Shown here: in pieces, positions 41,089-55,119 of the stretch | Layout: each line of letters starts with the position of its first letter | How positions within the stretch are numbered: the stretch's first letter is position 1 | Assembly (NCBI RefSeq): GCF_009914755.1 | Contig: NC_060930.1 | DNA length: 64,000 nt | Strand: one strand, 5' to 3' | Source: the human T2T-CHM13v2.0 reference genome, Homo sapiens | Position numbers and translations under genes: made by a program | The notes under the pieces: generated by a model | What the model saw: only the letters and a program-made list of their open reading frames with translations | Told to the model about the DNA's origin: nothing | Databases searched by the model: none

Positions 41089-42601
41089 TGATGGCAGCAG
41101 CAGCCCATCTGGAGCACCTGCTGCAGAGGTGCCAGCTGCAGTGGGGGAGGCACTGCCAGGGCTGCCCACTCTGCTTAGCCAGCAGGTGCCAAGAACAGGT
41201 GGGAGCCCCACCCCCTACTGAGTTGGCAGGATGGGAGCCCCTTGCTCCCTGGCACACAGCTACAGCTGCCCAGCCAGGGTTCTGGACCTGGACATTCCTG
41301 CACTCTCAGGGGCCCAGGAACCCCCCTGCCCCTGCAGGCTTGAACATGCCTGCTCCAGCTCCCTGTCCTCTCCCTGTTCCCAGTCCCTGCTTGGGGCAGA
41401 GCAAAGTTGTGGCTGAGCCTGGCGGCTGTCGCAACCTGGCCAGGTGTGCGTGTCCTCAGCATGGCACTGACACCAACACCCTGCCACCTTGGCCCCCTCT
41501 AGGCTTTGGGCATCACTGAGCATGGGTGGGGGGCAAGGAGGCTGAGAGCAGCTCAGTGCATGCCTGCCGGTGCCTCTCCTTATGGACAGCCTGGGTGCTG
41601 TGAATGGCATGTTAAAGGCAGACAGATTCCTAGGCGGGAAGGGGTGGGTCTCTGGTGAAACCCCACTTTCAGGTCAGGAACAGCGTGAAGCCTGGGGGCC
41701 AGGCTGCCAGTTCTGGGCAAAGGCTACAGCCCAGAGTGAGAACTTCATTGATGACTGTTCAGCCAATCAGATGGTGCATTTTCCAGGCCCACTGTGGCTG
41801 CCTGTGGGCCAGTCAGCACACACTTCCTCCATTCTGAGCACATAAAAACCCCAGACTCAGCCAGACTCACACACTCGTCAGGATGACCTGCCTGCAGCAA
41901 GGAACTACCCACTTTGGGTCTCCTGAGAGCTGTTCTGTCACTCAATGAAGCTCCTCTCCACTTTGCTCACCCTCCAGTTGTCCACCTACCTCATTCTTCC
42001 TGGATGCAAGACAAGAACTCAGGACCCACTGAATGGCAGGACTGAAAGAGCTATAACACAAACAGGGGTGAAACAAGCCACTTGCTTGCTGCATTGTGGG
42101 TGATGAGAAGGAGAGAAGAGCTGTGGCCCTTCAAGGATCTCAGACCTAGGGGCTCCCCAAGCCAGGGCTGTGACATCCTTTTTGTGGCTCTGGAGTTCCT
42201 GACATCTCTAAGCTTCCAGGCACCACTATGTTCCCCTCATCCAGATGCAGGTAGAAGCCACTTATGGTACATCTGATCCAGCTGCAGCCTTGCACAGAGC
42301 TGGCATCTGAGCTGGCACCTGTGCACATGCCTGGAGCTGCCCACCCCTCCATAATAGCCGATGTGCCTGGCTGTGCACTGTGGCTGGACCCCACACTTGT
42401 CTGCTCACACAACTCTTGCTGCTCCATGCCTGGCTTGCCCTTGGTAGGCGTGGGATCTGGGCTGGTAGCATGAGCTCAGCACAGCCTGCCAGGCTGAGTG
42501 GGCAGAATGAGCCCCGTGGGCCCAAGCAAAACTCAGGCAAAGACGCCACCAGCCACAGAGATTTCTGGCTGGAAAAGTGACACCCTATGGATCCTGTGAC
42601 A
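41089..42601 (+). mobile_element. MER52 (ERV1) solo LTR, about 1.5 kb, GC-rich
   Basis: tgatggcagcagcagcccatctggagc ... ggaaaagtgacaccctatggatcctgtgaca; TATA-like cataaaaacccc at about 41840; TSD gtag/gtaa. Confidence 0.9.
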
Positions 42602-42617
42602 GTAAGTGCTATGAATA

Positions 42618-42685
42618 GTATGGCCATATGCCCCCTTTGCCTGAGACAGTTTAAGGCTGTTGTCCCAACATAATTATTAGCAGCT
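42618..42685 (+). mobile_element. MER94-like hAT MITE fragment
   Basis: tggccatatg...tttgcctgagacagt...gttgtcccaacataattattag. Confidence 0.45.
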
Positions 42686-43384
42686 AAGTACTACAATAGA
42701 GTGATGGGGAGGGTGTGATTTTAGGCACAGTAGTCAGAGAGCCCTCTTGGAGAAGGTGACTTTTGGGCAGAGACTAGAATGCAATGAAGCAGTGAGCCCC
42801 ATGACTCTCTGGGGGAAAATCACTTAGCAGCAGAAAGACCAAGTGAGATGGAAGCACCTCATGTGTTTGAGGAGCCCTGACAGGTGAGTGTGGCTGGCGT
42901 GGAGGAAGTAACAAGAGAGTGGAAGGGCATGGGATCAGATGAGCTTGGCTCATGAGAAAGCCTTACTTAAACATTCATCTCAGTTTTCTGAAAATGTTAA
43001 AAGAAGTTTACTGTGGACTCAATCTTATTTTTTCCCCCAGACATAGCTATGTGCCCTGGTCAGCAGAATTTGTTACTGCAGCTTGTATGGCGAATGCCAT
43101 GACCAGAGCACCTTCTGTCTGGAATAAGATGCTGTGTCCTTCTCTACAAAGAGTTAAGTCAGATATTGACAACTGAAGAAGGTTGGGACTGTGAGCCACA
43201 GTGAGCAAGACTTCGTTGTCCAATATCCCACAGCAAAGCCTTTCTCTTAGGGCACAACCCTCATTTACTTTGTTCTCGATACCATGTTTGAAAAAATTTT
43301 AAAGTCAATGTAAACTTCCCATATGGTGATTAATTAGCCAAAGTTTGTTACCTGTAGTTAGTGAGGATAAATTTTCAGAGGAAT

Positions 43385-43395
43385 TTATTTTTTTA

Positions 43396-43438
<43 letters not shown>

Positions 43439-43702
43439 TTGAGATGGAGTTTTGCTCTTCTCACCAAGGCTGGAGGGCAGTGGTGTGATCTCTGTTCACT
43501 GCAACCTCTGCCTCCTGGGTTCAAGTGATTCTTCTGCCTCAGCCTCCTGAGTAGCTGGGACTACAGGCATGTACCACCACACCCAGCAGACAGGACTTCA
43601 TCATGTTGGCCCGGCTGGTCTCAAACTCCTGATCTCAGGTGATCCACCGGCCTCAGCCTCCCAAAGTGCAGGGAATACAGGCATGAGCCACCGCACCCAG
43701 CC
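43385..43702 (-). mobile_element. AluSq/Sp-like with (TTA)n tail and deleted central linker
   Basis: ggagttttgctctt; ccacacccagc joined directly to agacagg. Confidence 0.93.
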
Positions 43703-43939
43703 TGTATTTTTAAATTTAACCCAGAGACACACATGGACCATGCAGGAGGTGAAAGCTAGGCCATCACTTTTGTTCTCTTCACCATGACCAGTGGACCAGA
43801 TTCTTAATTGAGTGGAAATTAGCCAAGAATTATGCTCCATCTGTACAGGATTTTGAAAAATTAACATCACTGGTTCATACCTTCTGTTAATTATTACTTT
43901 ATATTTAATCTGTTTCAAAGACACCAATTAAGTGTCTTT

Positions 43940-45320
<1,381 letters not shown>

Positions 45321-46218
45321 GCTCACTGAACTTATGAGAACTGTCCACCATATAAACTAAATGACAAATGAGCCCTCCTTGTCAAAGCCACCAGTCAAGT
45401 CAGACTCCCCTTCTGCCTGAAATGTATGATTTCACTTTTCAATTTAAAGAAATGAGTTAATAAGCATTCCATGACAACCATCTCCCTGTTGTCTTCTAAT
45501 TGCAGAATAGAGAAAAAGATACAATAGTAGATGATTAGATAGAACACAGAGCCTGGCCATGAATTTTTCCTGTGAGTGAAATTAGAAGCCCCTGCTCTCA
45601 TGAGAGTATAAGTGAGGGGTTGGAAAAAGTGATGGGATCGCATGAAAAAATTCAAACTATCCTTCTCTTTGGTACCCATGAGACTTTTACATCTTAAGGC
45701 AATGAAACAAAACAATCAGGATAGGTGAGAGAAACATTGTATTTATTTGTTCATCTGTCTGTCTGTTTAGTGAAATGGGAGAAGGTGATTAGGAAAGGAG
45801 AGAAGGGTCAGGAGTATCAGGACGCTTCCACCCCAAGCCTGCATTCTCAGTCAGTGGAATGACCACACGTGACAGTTGAGAACTCGGACGTTGATTCCCT
45901 TTAAGCTCTTCATAGCTGTGTTCATGTTCAGGAGAACAGTGCCGTGATGTGAATACTGATGTTGTAGAAGAATAAGATTCCCTGCCCTCAGGGAATTTAT
46001 AACCTAGAGAAGGAGTGCATGCATTTGTCAGTTCACCCCATGAGTACTGATATGGGGCCTTCTATATTCAAGAGACTATGAAAGGTGCTGTCATGCAAGA
46101 GAAATACAGAAATGACTTACGTATGGACTGTGCCCTCAACAGTCAGTGAGTCTGGTCATATGAGGAAGAAAGGGATAGATCCTGTGAGAGGACAGAGATG
46201 AAGGAATATGTGAGTTCA

Positions 46219-47440
<1,222 letters not shown>

Positions 47441-49779
47441 GACACAAGTTTTCTGCAAGAGAGGGAAATGATATCATAAGAACTACACTTGAAGAGGTAT
47501 TCATGGGGGTGGGGGGTGGATTTAGGATGAATTGGAGAAACAATTAGGAAAAGGTAGGAGAGGGGTTGGATCACCTTGGCAATGACAGAGAACAGTTTCC
47601 GTAGAGCACTGTGGGCACCAGATAGTGATTTCAGGCACTGAGAAGTGAGGAGGTTGAGAAAACAAAAGCCACATCATACAAGGCTTTTTCATAACATTGA
47701 CTGGGAAAGAGAAGCAAGGACAGTGTGAGTTGGGGCTAGGGGCACCTGGGCACCTTTTTAGGCTGTAGATACGTTCTGTTGAGACTGAAATAAAGAAAAT
47801 GGGGCCTGTGAGATGGAGTCAAGTCTGAGAGCAAGTGAGAAAGAACAGGATGGGTGGCACAGTGGTGGGCTGAGTTCTCCAAACCAGGAGAAAAAGAGAC
47901 ACAGGGTCAAAATCTAGAGAACTTTTAATGATGCATAAATTAAACAAATGCATGTTTGTGTGTGAAAACACGAGGCAAGGAAGAATATGGCAAGTCTTAG
48001 AAATAGAATGTGAAATGCTGTGGAAGTGGAGGGGAGCTGGGCTGATGGATTTCCGGAAGTGGCAGCCTTTGGGCTGGTCCTTGAATGGATGGGTTCCTGT
48101 GGCGGCCGGGGCACTCTTGTACTAGGAAAGAATATTGATAGAGGCACAGAGACAGTCAGTCAGCAGGGCAGGGAGGGTTCAGAGAGTGGAAAGGAGGAGG
48201 CTTCGGGAAGTGAAGAGGGTGTGGGGAAGTTAAGAGAGAAAAACCTGGGCAGGGAAGTCAGGTCTAGGTGTTCCCAGGTACTGGGGACTCAGGCCTAACA
48301 TCAGACCTACACTTGGAATTCTCAAAAGGACTTTCACAGACATGATGGCATGTAAGCCTTTCTCTGCCCCTAGGATTGTTATCTTTAATTCAGTATAACA
48401 ATGAGGAATCTGAGGCCCTAAAGGCTACCCATCTTGCCCAAGATCACTGAGGATAAAGGAAAGAAGGGAACCAGAGTGGGGGTCACCTGAGTCCTCGTGC
48501 AGTGCTTTTAGCTCGCCCCAAATGTCTTTTATTTGACTCTGAGGCAGTGAGAATCCTCTGAAGATTTCCGAGTGGCATGATCAGAGCTGGTGGATGATGT
48601 TATAAAACCAAATATATTAGTCACTTTCAGTCCTTTGAAAGTTCTCAGAGAATCGAGTAGAACTTTGCCATGACTGGCATATTTTTATCTAGTTCAAAGG
48701 TTCATCAAAGTCCTTTACAGATTAATGAGTTAAAGTTTGCTTGCGACTGTGTAGGTAAACGGAGCAACCTAATTATGTTCCCGGCATATCAAATACTGCA
48801 GCTCACTTTGCCTAAATCTAATTTAGATATTTATACACTTTCTAAAAATAGAAAATTGAGAATTATCCATTATCCAGAACTAGTCATTCAATTAACAAGG
48901 AGATAAATACTAAAGAGCCTGCTCCCAATCATCAGAAAATGAGGGCATGGTGAGATCGAGGACATAAAACCATTGACCGTCATAGCACACCTTGGCAGGA
49001 AAGGACTCTACTACCCTTGGTGTGACTGGCATTTTTTCAGCTATAGTCTGCGCTAAGCCTGTTACATGTTTGCTCTTTTCTCACTCTATGGGATATTACC
49101 ATGGTCCCTTTGCAGATTGAAAACTGAGGCTATGAACCACAGATCCCTAATTTGCCCAAAGAGGCTAAGCTCTGATTCTGACCCAGACTGGTCACAATAG
49201 TCCCCTTAAAGGAAAAATCAGATTCCATTTAGTGTGGCACGGCACTGATTAATATGATTTGAGAACATATCAAAAGCACAGCCTATTTCTGCCCATTCAA
49301 GTTTATTGACTAACACAGACAAACTTATAGTTTTGCTATGTAGTACCCACAGAATTCAAAGTAAGAAATAATGGCAGAAATGAGGATTCTTGTTCTGGTT
49401 TTTCTTTTTGCAAATTACAAAAGATGAGTTAGTTACTTTAACAGACACAAATTGGGTGGGTTCTTTTACACATTCTTCTCCTCTTAGGTGTTTGCTATAC
49501 GATCTGATTGGGTAGCGGCTATAATGACAGGTGAGGAAATGTAAATGTAATCAGTAGTTATGTAAATGTAGTACTTCCCCTAAATGCACGCTAACACCAC
49601 CTGATTTCTCCCCAGGGCTCCAGAGCAGCCCTAACACCAAGCGCTTTGGTAGATTGAGGGATATGAACTTGCAGTAGGGGCTTGGTAAGAAAAGGAAGTA
49701 CTCAGCCGGACTTGCTGAAACTAACAGCTTTCACGGGGAATTCAGAAGAACCTTGATGTAGAAGAAAAGAAATGCAGGC

Positions 49780-50000
49780 AGGTTTCCCCAGCCAGACTAA
49801 ACCTGGGTCAAATGCCAGCTCAGCCATTTACTAGCCGCTTGATTTGGGGTCTAATTATTTAACTAATCTAAGGCTCAATCTTTTCATCCGCAAAATGGGA
49901 AGTATAGTATTTGCTTCACACAAGGTTGTGAAATGTATATGAAGTAATTTATAAAAAACACCTAGCTCATTGCCTGACACATGGTAAGTGCCTAACAAAG
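49780..50000 (+). mobile_element. MIR
   Basis: cctgggtcaaatgccagctcagccatttactagc...catccgcaaaatggg...tgcctgacacatggtaagtgc. Confidence 0.75.
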
Positions 50001-52284
50001 GTTAATGTCCCTTAATCTCTAGGGAGAAATCTAGTTAAGCAAGGAACTTCAGCAGACTTACAGTATCTCTAAAAATATGCTTATATCTCACAGAAGGAAA
50101 AAAATAAGGTGGTGATCAGTTGATATAATTTATCCTTAATCGCAAAAAAATATAAATACAAGTTACAAATATTTTTATTTATACATAAATCAAAAGGTTC
50201 CAGTTATGGGTTATGTAAGTAATAGCAAAATATGCATACTGGTGTATTTGAAAGGCTTACTATTTTGTATTCCAAAGGATTTGAAAGTACAGTATTTTAC
50301 AATAGTTTAGTTCCTTTAAAATGTAACTATTTTCAGCAGCAACCATTTCCTAACCTAACAAAATCTTCGGTTTCAGTAAACACTTTCCATTATAGGTTAA
50401 ATTTTACCTCCTACTGAAAAAGCAATGATGCTAGGTGACTTTCATCACCTGTAATATCAGAAGATCAAAAAACCCTTTAGAAAAGCAGGGAGACCTATAT
50501 TTCCACTTCCTGTTTCTCAGATTAGAGCAACAATGACAGGATCAATTGGAAATAGATCTGGAAATCAATTAATATGATATAAAGACTAAACTTGGGCTAT
50601 AACCCAAATTAAGGTAGATTACTAGTTCTATAACATAGAAGGTGATAACAGATTTCTCAAAATTATCTTGATTGTAGTTTTATAATTTTTGCTTTGAACT
50701 GGAATATTATTTCCTATATTCTCCCCATAGTGAATAAGTTATTATTTTCCTTTCCATCCTAATTTTTTAATAAAGGGATAGTTTGTTGAGAAAAATACAA
50801 ATTTCTTGGGTTTCTGTTTCTCATCCTTTAGAGGAGACTTAGATCAAGATTCTTAAGTACATTAAAAAAATAGCAATATCGTCACTGTGTCTATAGAACG
50901 CTGATGGCTTTGGTAAGTAATAACAGGGAGACGCTGGATGAGTGAACCCATTTCAGTAACAGCAAAAACTGTGGTGCATACAGGATAGAAGAAAGAAAAT
51001 TATGGTAAAAAAAATTAGGTATTTAAAAAAAATTTTTAAACCCTCTGGCACCATAGCAAACTCTGAGATAAATGCACTCTGTGGGGCTCCATTCTATCAA
51101 TTTAAGAAACAATTCAACTTTTTTATTATTCTGCTTCAACAGTTTAAATAGGAAACAAAATCAAAATATTGTATTGATGTGCTATTTTTCTGCAAGAAGA
51201 GTGAATTTGTGTGTAGATGTGCTCAATGCAGTTCAAAAGTAATGCAAGTGAGGAAAGAATGTAAATTTATTCTTGGACAACAATGATATAAACCCATTGA
51301 CTTTCTTTCTTAAGAGGAAGAATAGGACCTGGAACCTGTGGTGAAGGTATGAAGTTTACACTTTCTTCAGTTAAAGACCAGCATATGGAAAACAACTTAC
51401 AACCTTGACCCTAAGCTGGAGCTCAAGGGCCTTCCTGCTCTTTCAGGCAAGTGGGCTGGTTGCCCTGGAAGCACCTCAGCTTGGAGAAGACTCAAAAATC
51501 AAAGTTCTACCACTAACTAATGGGGTGGCCTTGAGAAAACAACTCAGCCATTTTAGGTCTCAGAGTCCTCCTATGTAAAAATGAACACAGCGATCCTTAA
51601 ATTTCAAAGGTTATTACAGAGAGTCAATTAAATAAGTGTATACTGCAAACTGTAAAGCATTCTAGGAGTTTATTTTTAATATTCAGAGCTGAGCCCCACT
51701 TGGCAACATCTACTCAGTAACTCTATTGGTGATATTGAGTAAGAAGAAAGGATTAACAACACGATGCACACATAAATTTCAAGTTTTTTTCTCAAACTGC
51801 ACAAATTTGAACACCACTGCATTTAACAGAGATACATACAGCTTCATAGTTATCAGATCAGCCTCCAATTTTTCATCAAACCTTTTTGAGGTTGTTTTGT
51901 TTTGTTAATGCATGATTTCTCCTTGTGAGTCCTAAACCTGTCACAGTGGAGGTTCTTTAGGTTCTCTTTTTCTTTAAAAATTTAATTTCACTTTATGACA
52001 TGTAAATATCAAAATAATAAATCTTATAGAGAAGACATACTATGTAAAATCCCCACAGTAACTAACGAATACTTCAGATTATGTCAGAAAGACAAGGGAA
52101 TGATGAAGAAATAGAAAGAAGAAAACATTGCCAAATTTTTCATCCTACATAGAGAATCAGTAAGGATTTTCCTTTATTCTTAATGATTAAAGAATTAGTT
52201 CTATTTTTGGTTAAATTAAACTTAAGACTAAAGGGGGAAAAGGAGTATACAACCCCCAAATAGGCTGAGATAAATATGTAAAGA

Positions 52285-52830
52285 AAAAAATATAGAAGGA
52301 AATAGATCAAAATGTTAATGTTATAAGAGGAGTTGCTTTTAAGTGAGTTGAATTATTTGGCTTGTCTGAACTTCCCGAGGCATATATATATATGTATATA
52401 TAAAATATATATATATGTATATATATATATTTATATTTATATATATATATTTTAATTTCCTAGGACAATCCTTTTCTCCATAGCAGGAGCTCAGTACATA
52501 GCAGGCACACTATCCATGCCTCCCTTTAAGCCAGGTAGGGACCAACAAGTTGGAGGACTCTCCCAGAAGAGGACCCACCTAAAATGCCTGGAGACTACTT
52601 CTTGAGGCAGAGAGCTTTAGGTTGTGTAATGTGCTTGGCCAGGTGCCATGCAACCTTTCTGCAGTATACATTATATATAATATATATATTATATATATTT
52701 ATAGATTTATATATATAAAATATATATATATATGCCTCGGGAAGTTCAGACAAGCCAAATAATTCAACTCGCTTAGAAACAACTCCTCTTATAACATTAA
52801 CATTTTGATCTATTTCCTTCCATATTTTTT
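52285..52830. repeat. inverted repeat pair A (52285-52393) / A' (52721-52830)
   Basis: manual alignment: about 110 bp, about 4 substitutions. Confidence 0.95.
52381..52451. repeat. (TA)n tract (a second tract lies at 52668-52733)
   Basis: directly visible. Confidence 0.95.
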
Positions 52831-53287
52831 AATATGTATATTTTTTACATTTCACTTTCCATATAAATATATATATGTGGTACATTTCACTTTCATAAAC
52901 AGAAAAATAAAATCTACAAACAGAGAATTTATAAGAGGTGCTCAAGTAGACATTTTTTTCTGCAGAGTGCACCTTGCACAGCTGTAGGAGGCATCCTTCA
53001 CATCAGAGACTATGTGAAGGGCTGATTCCAGTTGTAAAGGACACACCTGGGGCAGTCCCACACAGGGATACTGCAGAAAGGTCACATGGCACCCGGCCAA
53101 GCACATTACACAACCTAAAGCTCTCTGATTGCCTCAAGAAGTAGTCTCCAGGCATTTTAGGTGAGTCCTCTTCTGGGACAGTCCTCCAACTTGTTGGTCC
53201 CTACCTGGCTTAAAGGGAGGCGTGGATAGTGTGCCTGCTATGTACTGAGCTCCTGCTATGGAGAAAAGGGTTGTCCTAGGAAATTAA
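52452..53287. repeat. inverted repeat pair B (52452-52667) / B' (53068-53287)
   Basis: manual alignment: 216 vs 220 bp, about 7 substitutions plus one 4-bp indel. Confidence 0.95.
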
Positions 53288-53385
53288 TGTATGTTACATC
53301 ATTTAATCTTCATGACAACTCTGTGAAGTAGGTATTCTTTATCTTACACATGTGGATCCAAGATTAGGTGACTTGGCTAAGGAAG
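53230..53385 (-). mobile_element. MIR remnant overlapping the end of B'
   Basis: catcatttaatcttcatgacaactctgtgaagtaggtatt...ttaggtgacttggctaagg. Confidence 0.6.
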
Positions 53386-53514
53386 AACTTTGCAGGATCC
53401 CCAGCACCTCTAGGATCATGGAGAGTCCCCCTAAGAAGACCTGCAGGCAAAAATCTCCTTTCTCTCTGTGCATCACCACAGGGGCCCTTTCTTTTCTGCC
53501 TCCTCCCAGGGGCT

Positions 53515-53860
53515 TGTATTAGTTCATTCTCACACTGCTATAAAGATACTACCTGAGACTGGGTAACTTATAAATAAAAGAGGTTTAATTGACTCACATT
53601 TCCTCATGGCTGGGCAGGCCTCAGGAAACTTACAATCATGGCAGAAGGGGAAGCAGCATCTTCTTCACAAGGTGACAGGAAAGAGAGAGCACAGGGGAAA
53701 TACTAGACACTTATCAACTATACCTGGCAAGAACTCCCTTACTATCATGGGGAAACTGCCCCCAATGATCCAATCACCTCCCCCCAAGTCCCTCCTTCAA
53801 CACGTGGAGATTACAATTCAAGATGAGTCTAGGGTGGGGACACAGAGCCAAACCATATCA
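53515..53860 (-). mobile_element. MaLR solo LTR (THE1D/MSTA-like)
   Basis: tgtattagttcattctcacactgctataaag ... ccaaaccatatca; perfect 5-bp TSD gggct. Confidence 0.93.
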
Positions 53861-54401
53861 GGGCTGCATTTTTCTATTCACCCAGGCTCTTGATTTTGAT
53901 TCCCCTTGATCTATTCAGATCTTCTATCTGACATGTAGTAGAATTTCTCCAAAATTATCCTGGAGAAGAGTCACTTAATAGTTGATTCCTTACAAAATAT
54001 ATCATAGAGTGCTCTCTCAATGACTTTACACTGAACAGAAAAGTGATTTAAACAAGTACCCCTAATGTAGTCTGACTAAGTATGCCTTTCGTCTTCTCTA
54101 TGTGCCATTCATCTTGCCTTGGGTTAAAAATTGGCCATCAAACCTACTATGTCTCCTCTACTGGAGGCAACTCGATACACATGCCTCACCTCCAACAGGC
54201 AATGAGTGCAGATATACATAGCTTAGACCGCAAGGATTTCTGGAATACAACCAGGTTCCCCTGGACTCAAGATGGACAACTTATTTGTGCCCAACCCCAT
54301 GGAAACTGTTTCTGGACAGTATCGGCTCTTTAGAAATGCTGTTTGGATACTTAATTAGGTCCACCCTCCCCTTCCGGTTAACTTGACAACCTGCTGCCAG
54401 A

Positions 54402-54414
54402 GTTAATAATTAAC
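54402..54414. promoter_or_regulatory. perfect HNF1 consensus palindrome GTTAATAATTAAC
   Basis: exact match to GTTAATNATTAAC; function not demonstrated. Confidence 0.5.
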
Positions 54415-55119
54415 AAGGTGTCACAATACGTCTCACAGTCACTCAATTCTTTGCTCACCTGCCTCCCTGTCTCTTCCTGCTGCTTCTGAATTGCTTGAAC
54501 TCCCCTGGGATACAAACTCCCTATAATAAATCATGGCACAAAGGCACAGACTTTTGTGGCTCTAACTGAAATTCACAATTGGGCAAGCCCAGGAGGCAAT
54601 CACCTGGCCATTGCCCTAACCCATATGCATCCTTAGTGCTGCTTGCACACAGGTGAGCATGAAGTTTTAATGAGGCCTTCACTGCAAATGCATTGTGCAA
54701 TTACTGTTAAGATGGGCGAACATTTGGCCCGCCAAGAATTGCATTTTAAGCAGTAGGGTTTCCCTATTAGCTGTTCCCAGCTATTAATTCAACCAGTTTG
54801 TTTATACATTTTGACAATTGTTCATGTGAAAGAGACCTGGGGATTTTATTTGACCACAATTTCATTATAAGCTAACAGTATGATAGGGCTGCTAATAAAA
54901 GTTAATGCAAGTTTAGCCTACATTAAGTGAATAGTCTAAATAAAGAACAGCAATATTGCCAATATGCCTTACTCTTATAGGTACATGGATCTTATTTTTC
55001 TCAACCAAAATTTGGCAAGTACAATTGTGCATGCAGAGACTCTGGCATGGAGCATTTGAAAATATAACTGTCCTTAAAAAGCCAGGATGTGTGGTTGGCA
55101 TACATAAAGAACAGCCACT

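Noticed and set aside
40850-42627. Dense cluster of overlapping ORFs on both strands
   Set aside because: Expected from the GC-rich MER52 LTR; no gag/pol/env similarity
45840-45875. TEAD GGAATG and USF/TFE GTCACGTG motifs
   Set aside because: Short motifs expected by chance in 64 kb; no supporting context
52285-53287. Interpreting the inverted repeats as TIRs of a DNA transposon or as a CRISPR-like array
   Set aside because: Arms are interleaved copies of local flanking sequence, with no TSD, no transposase and no repeat-spacer periodicity
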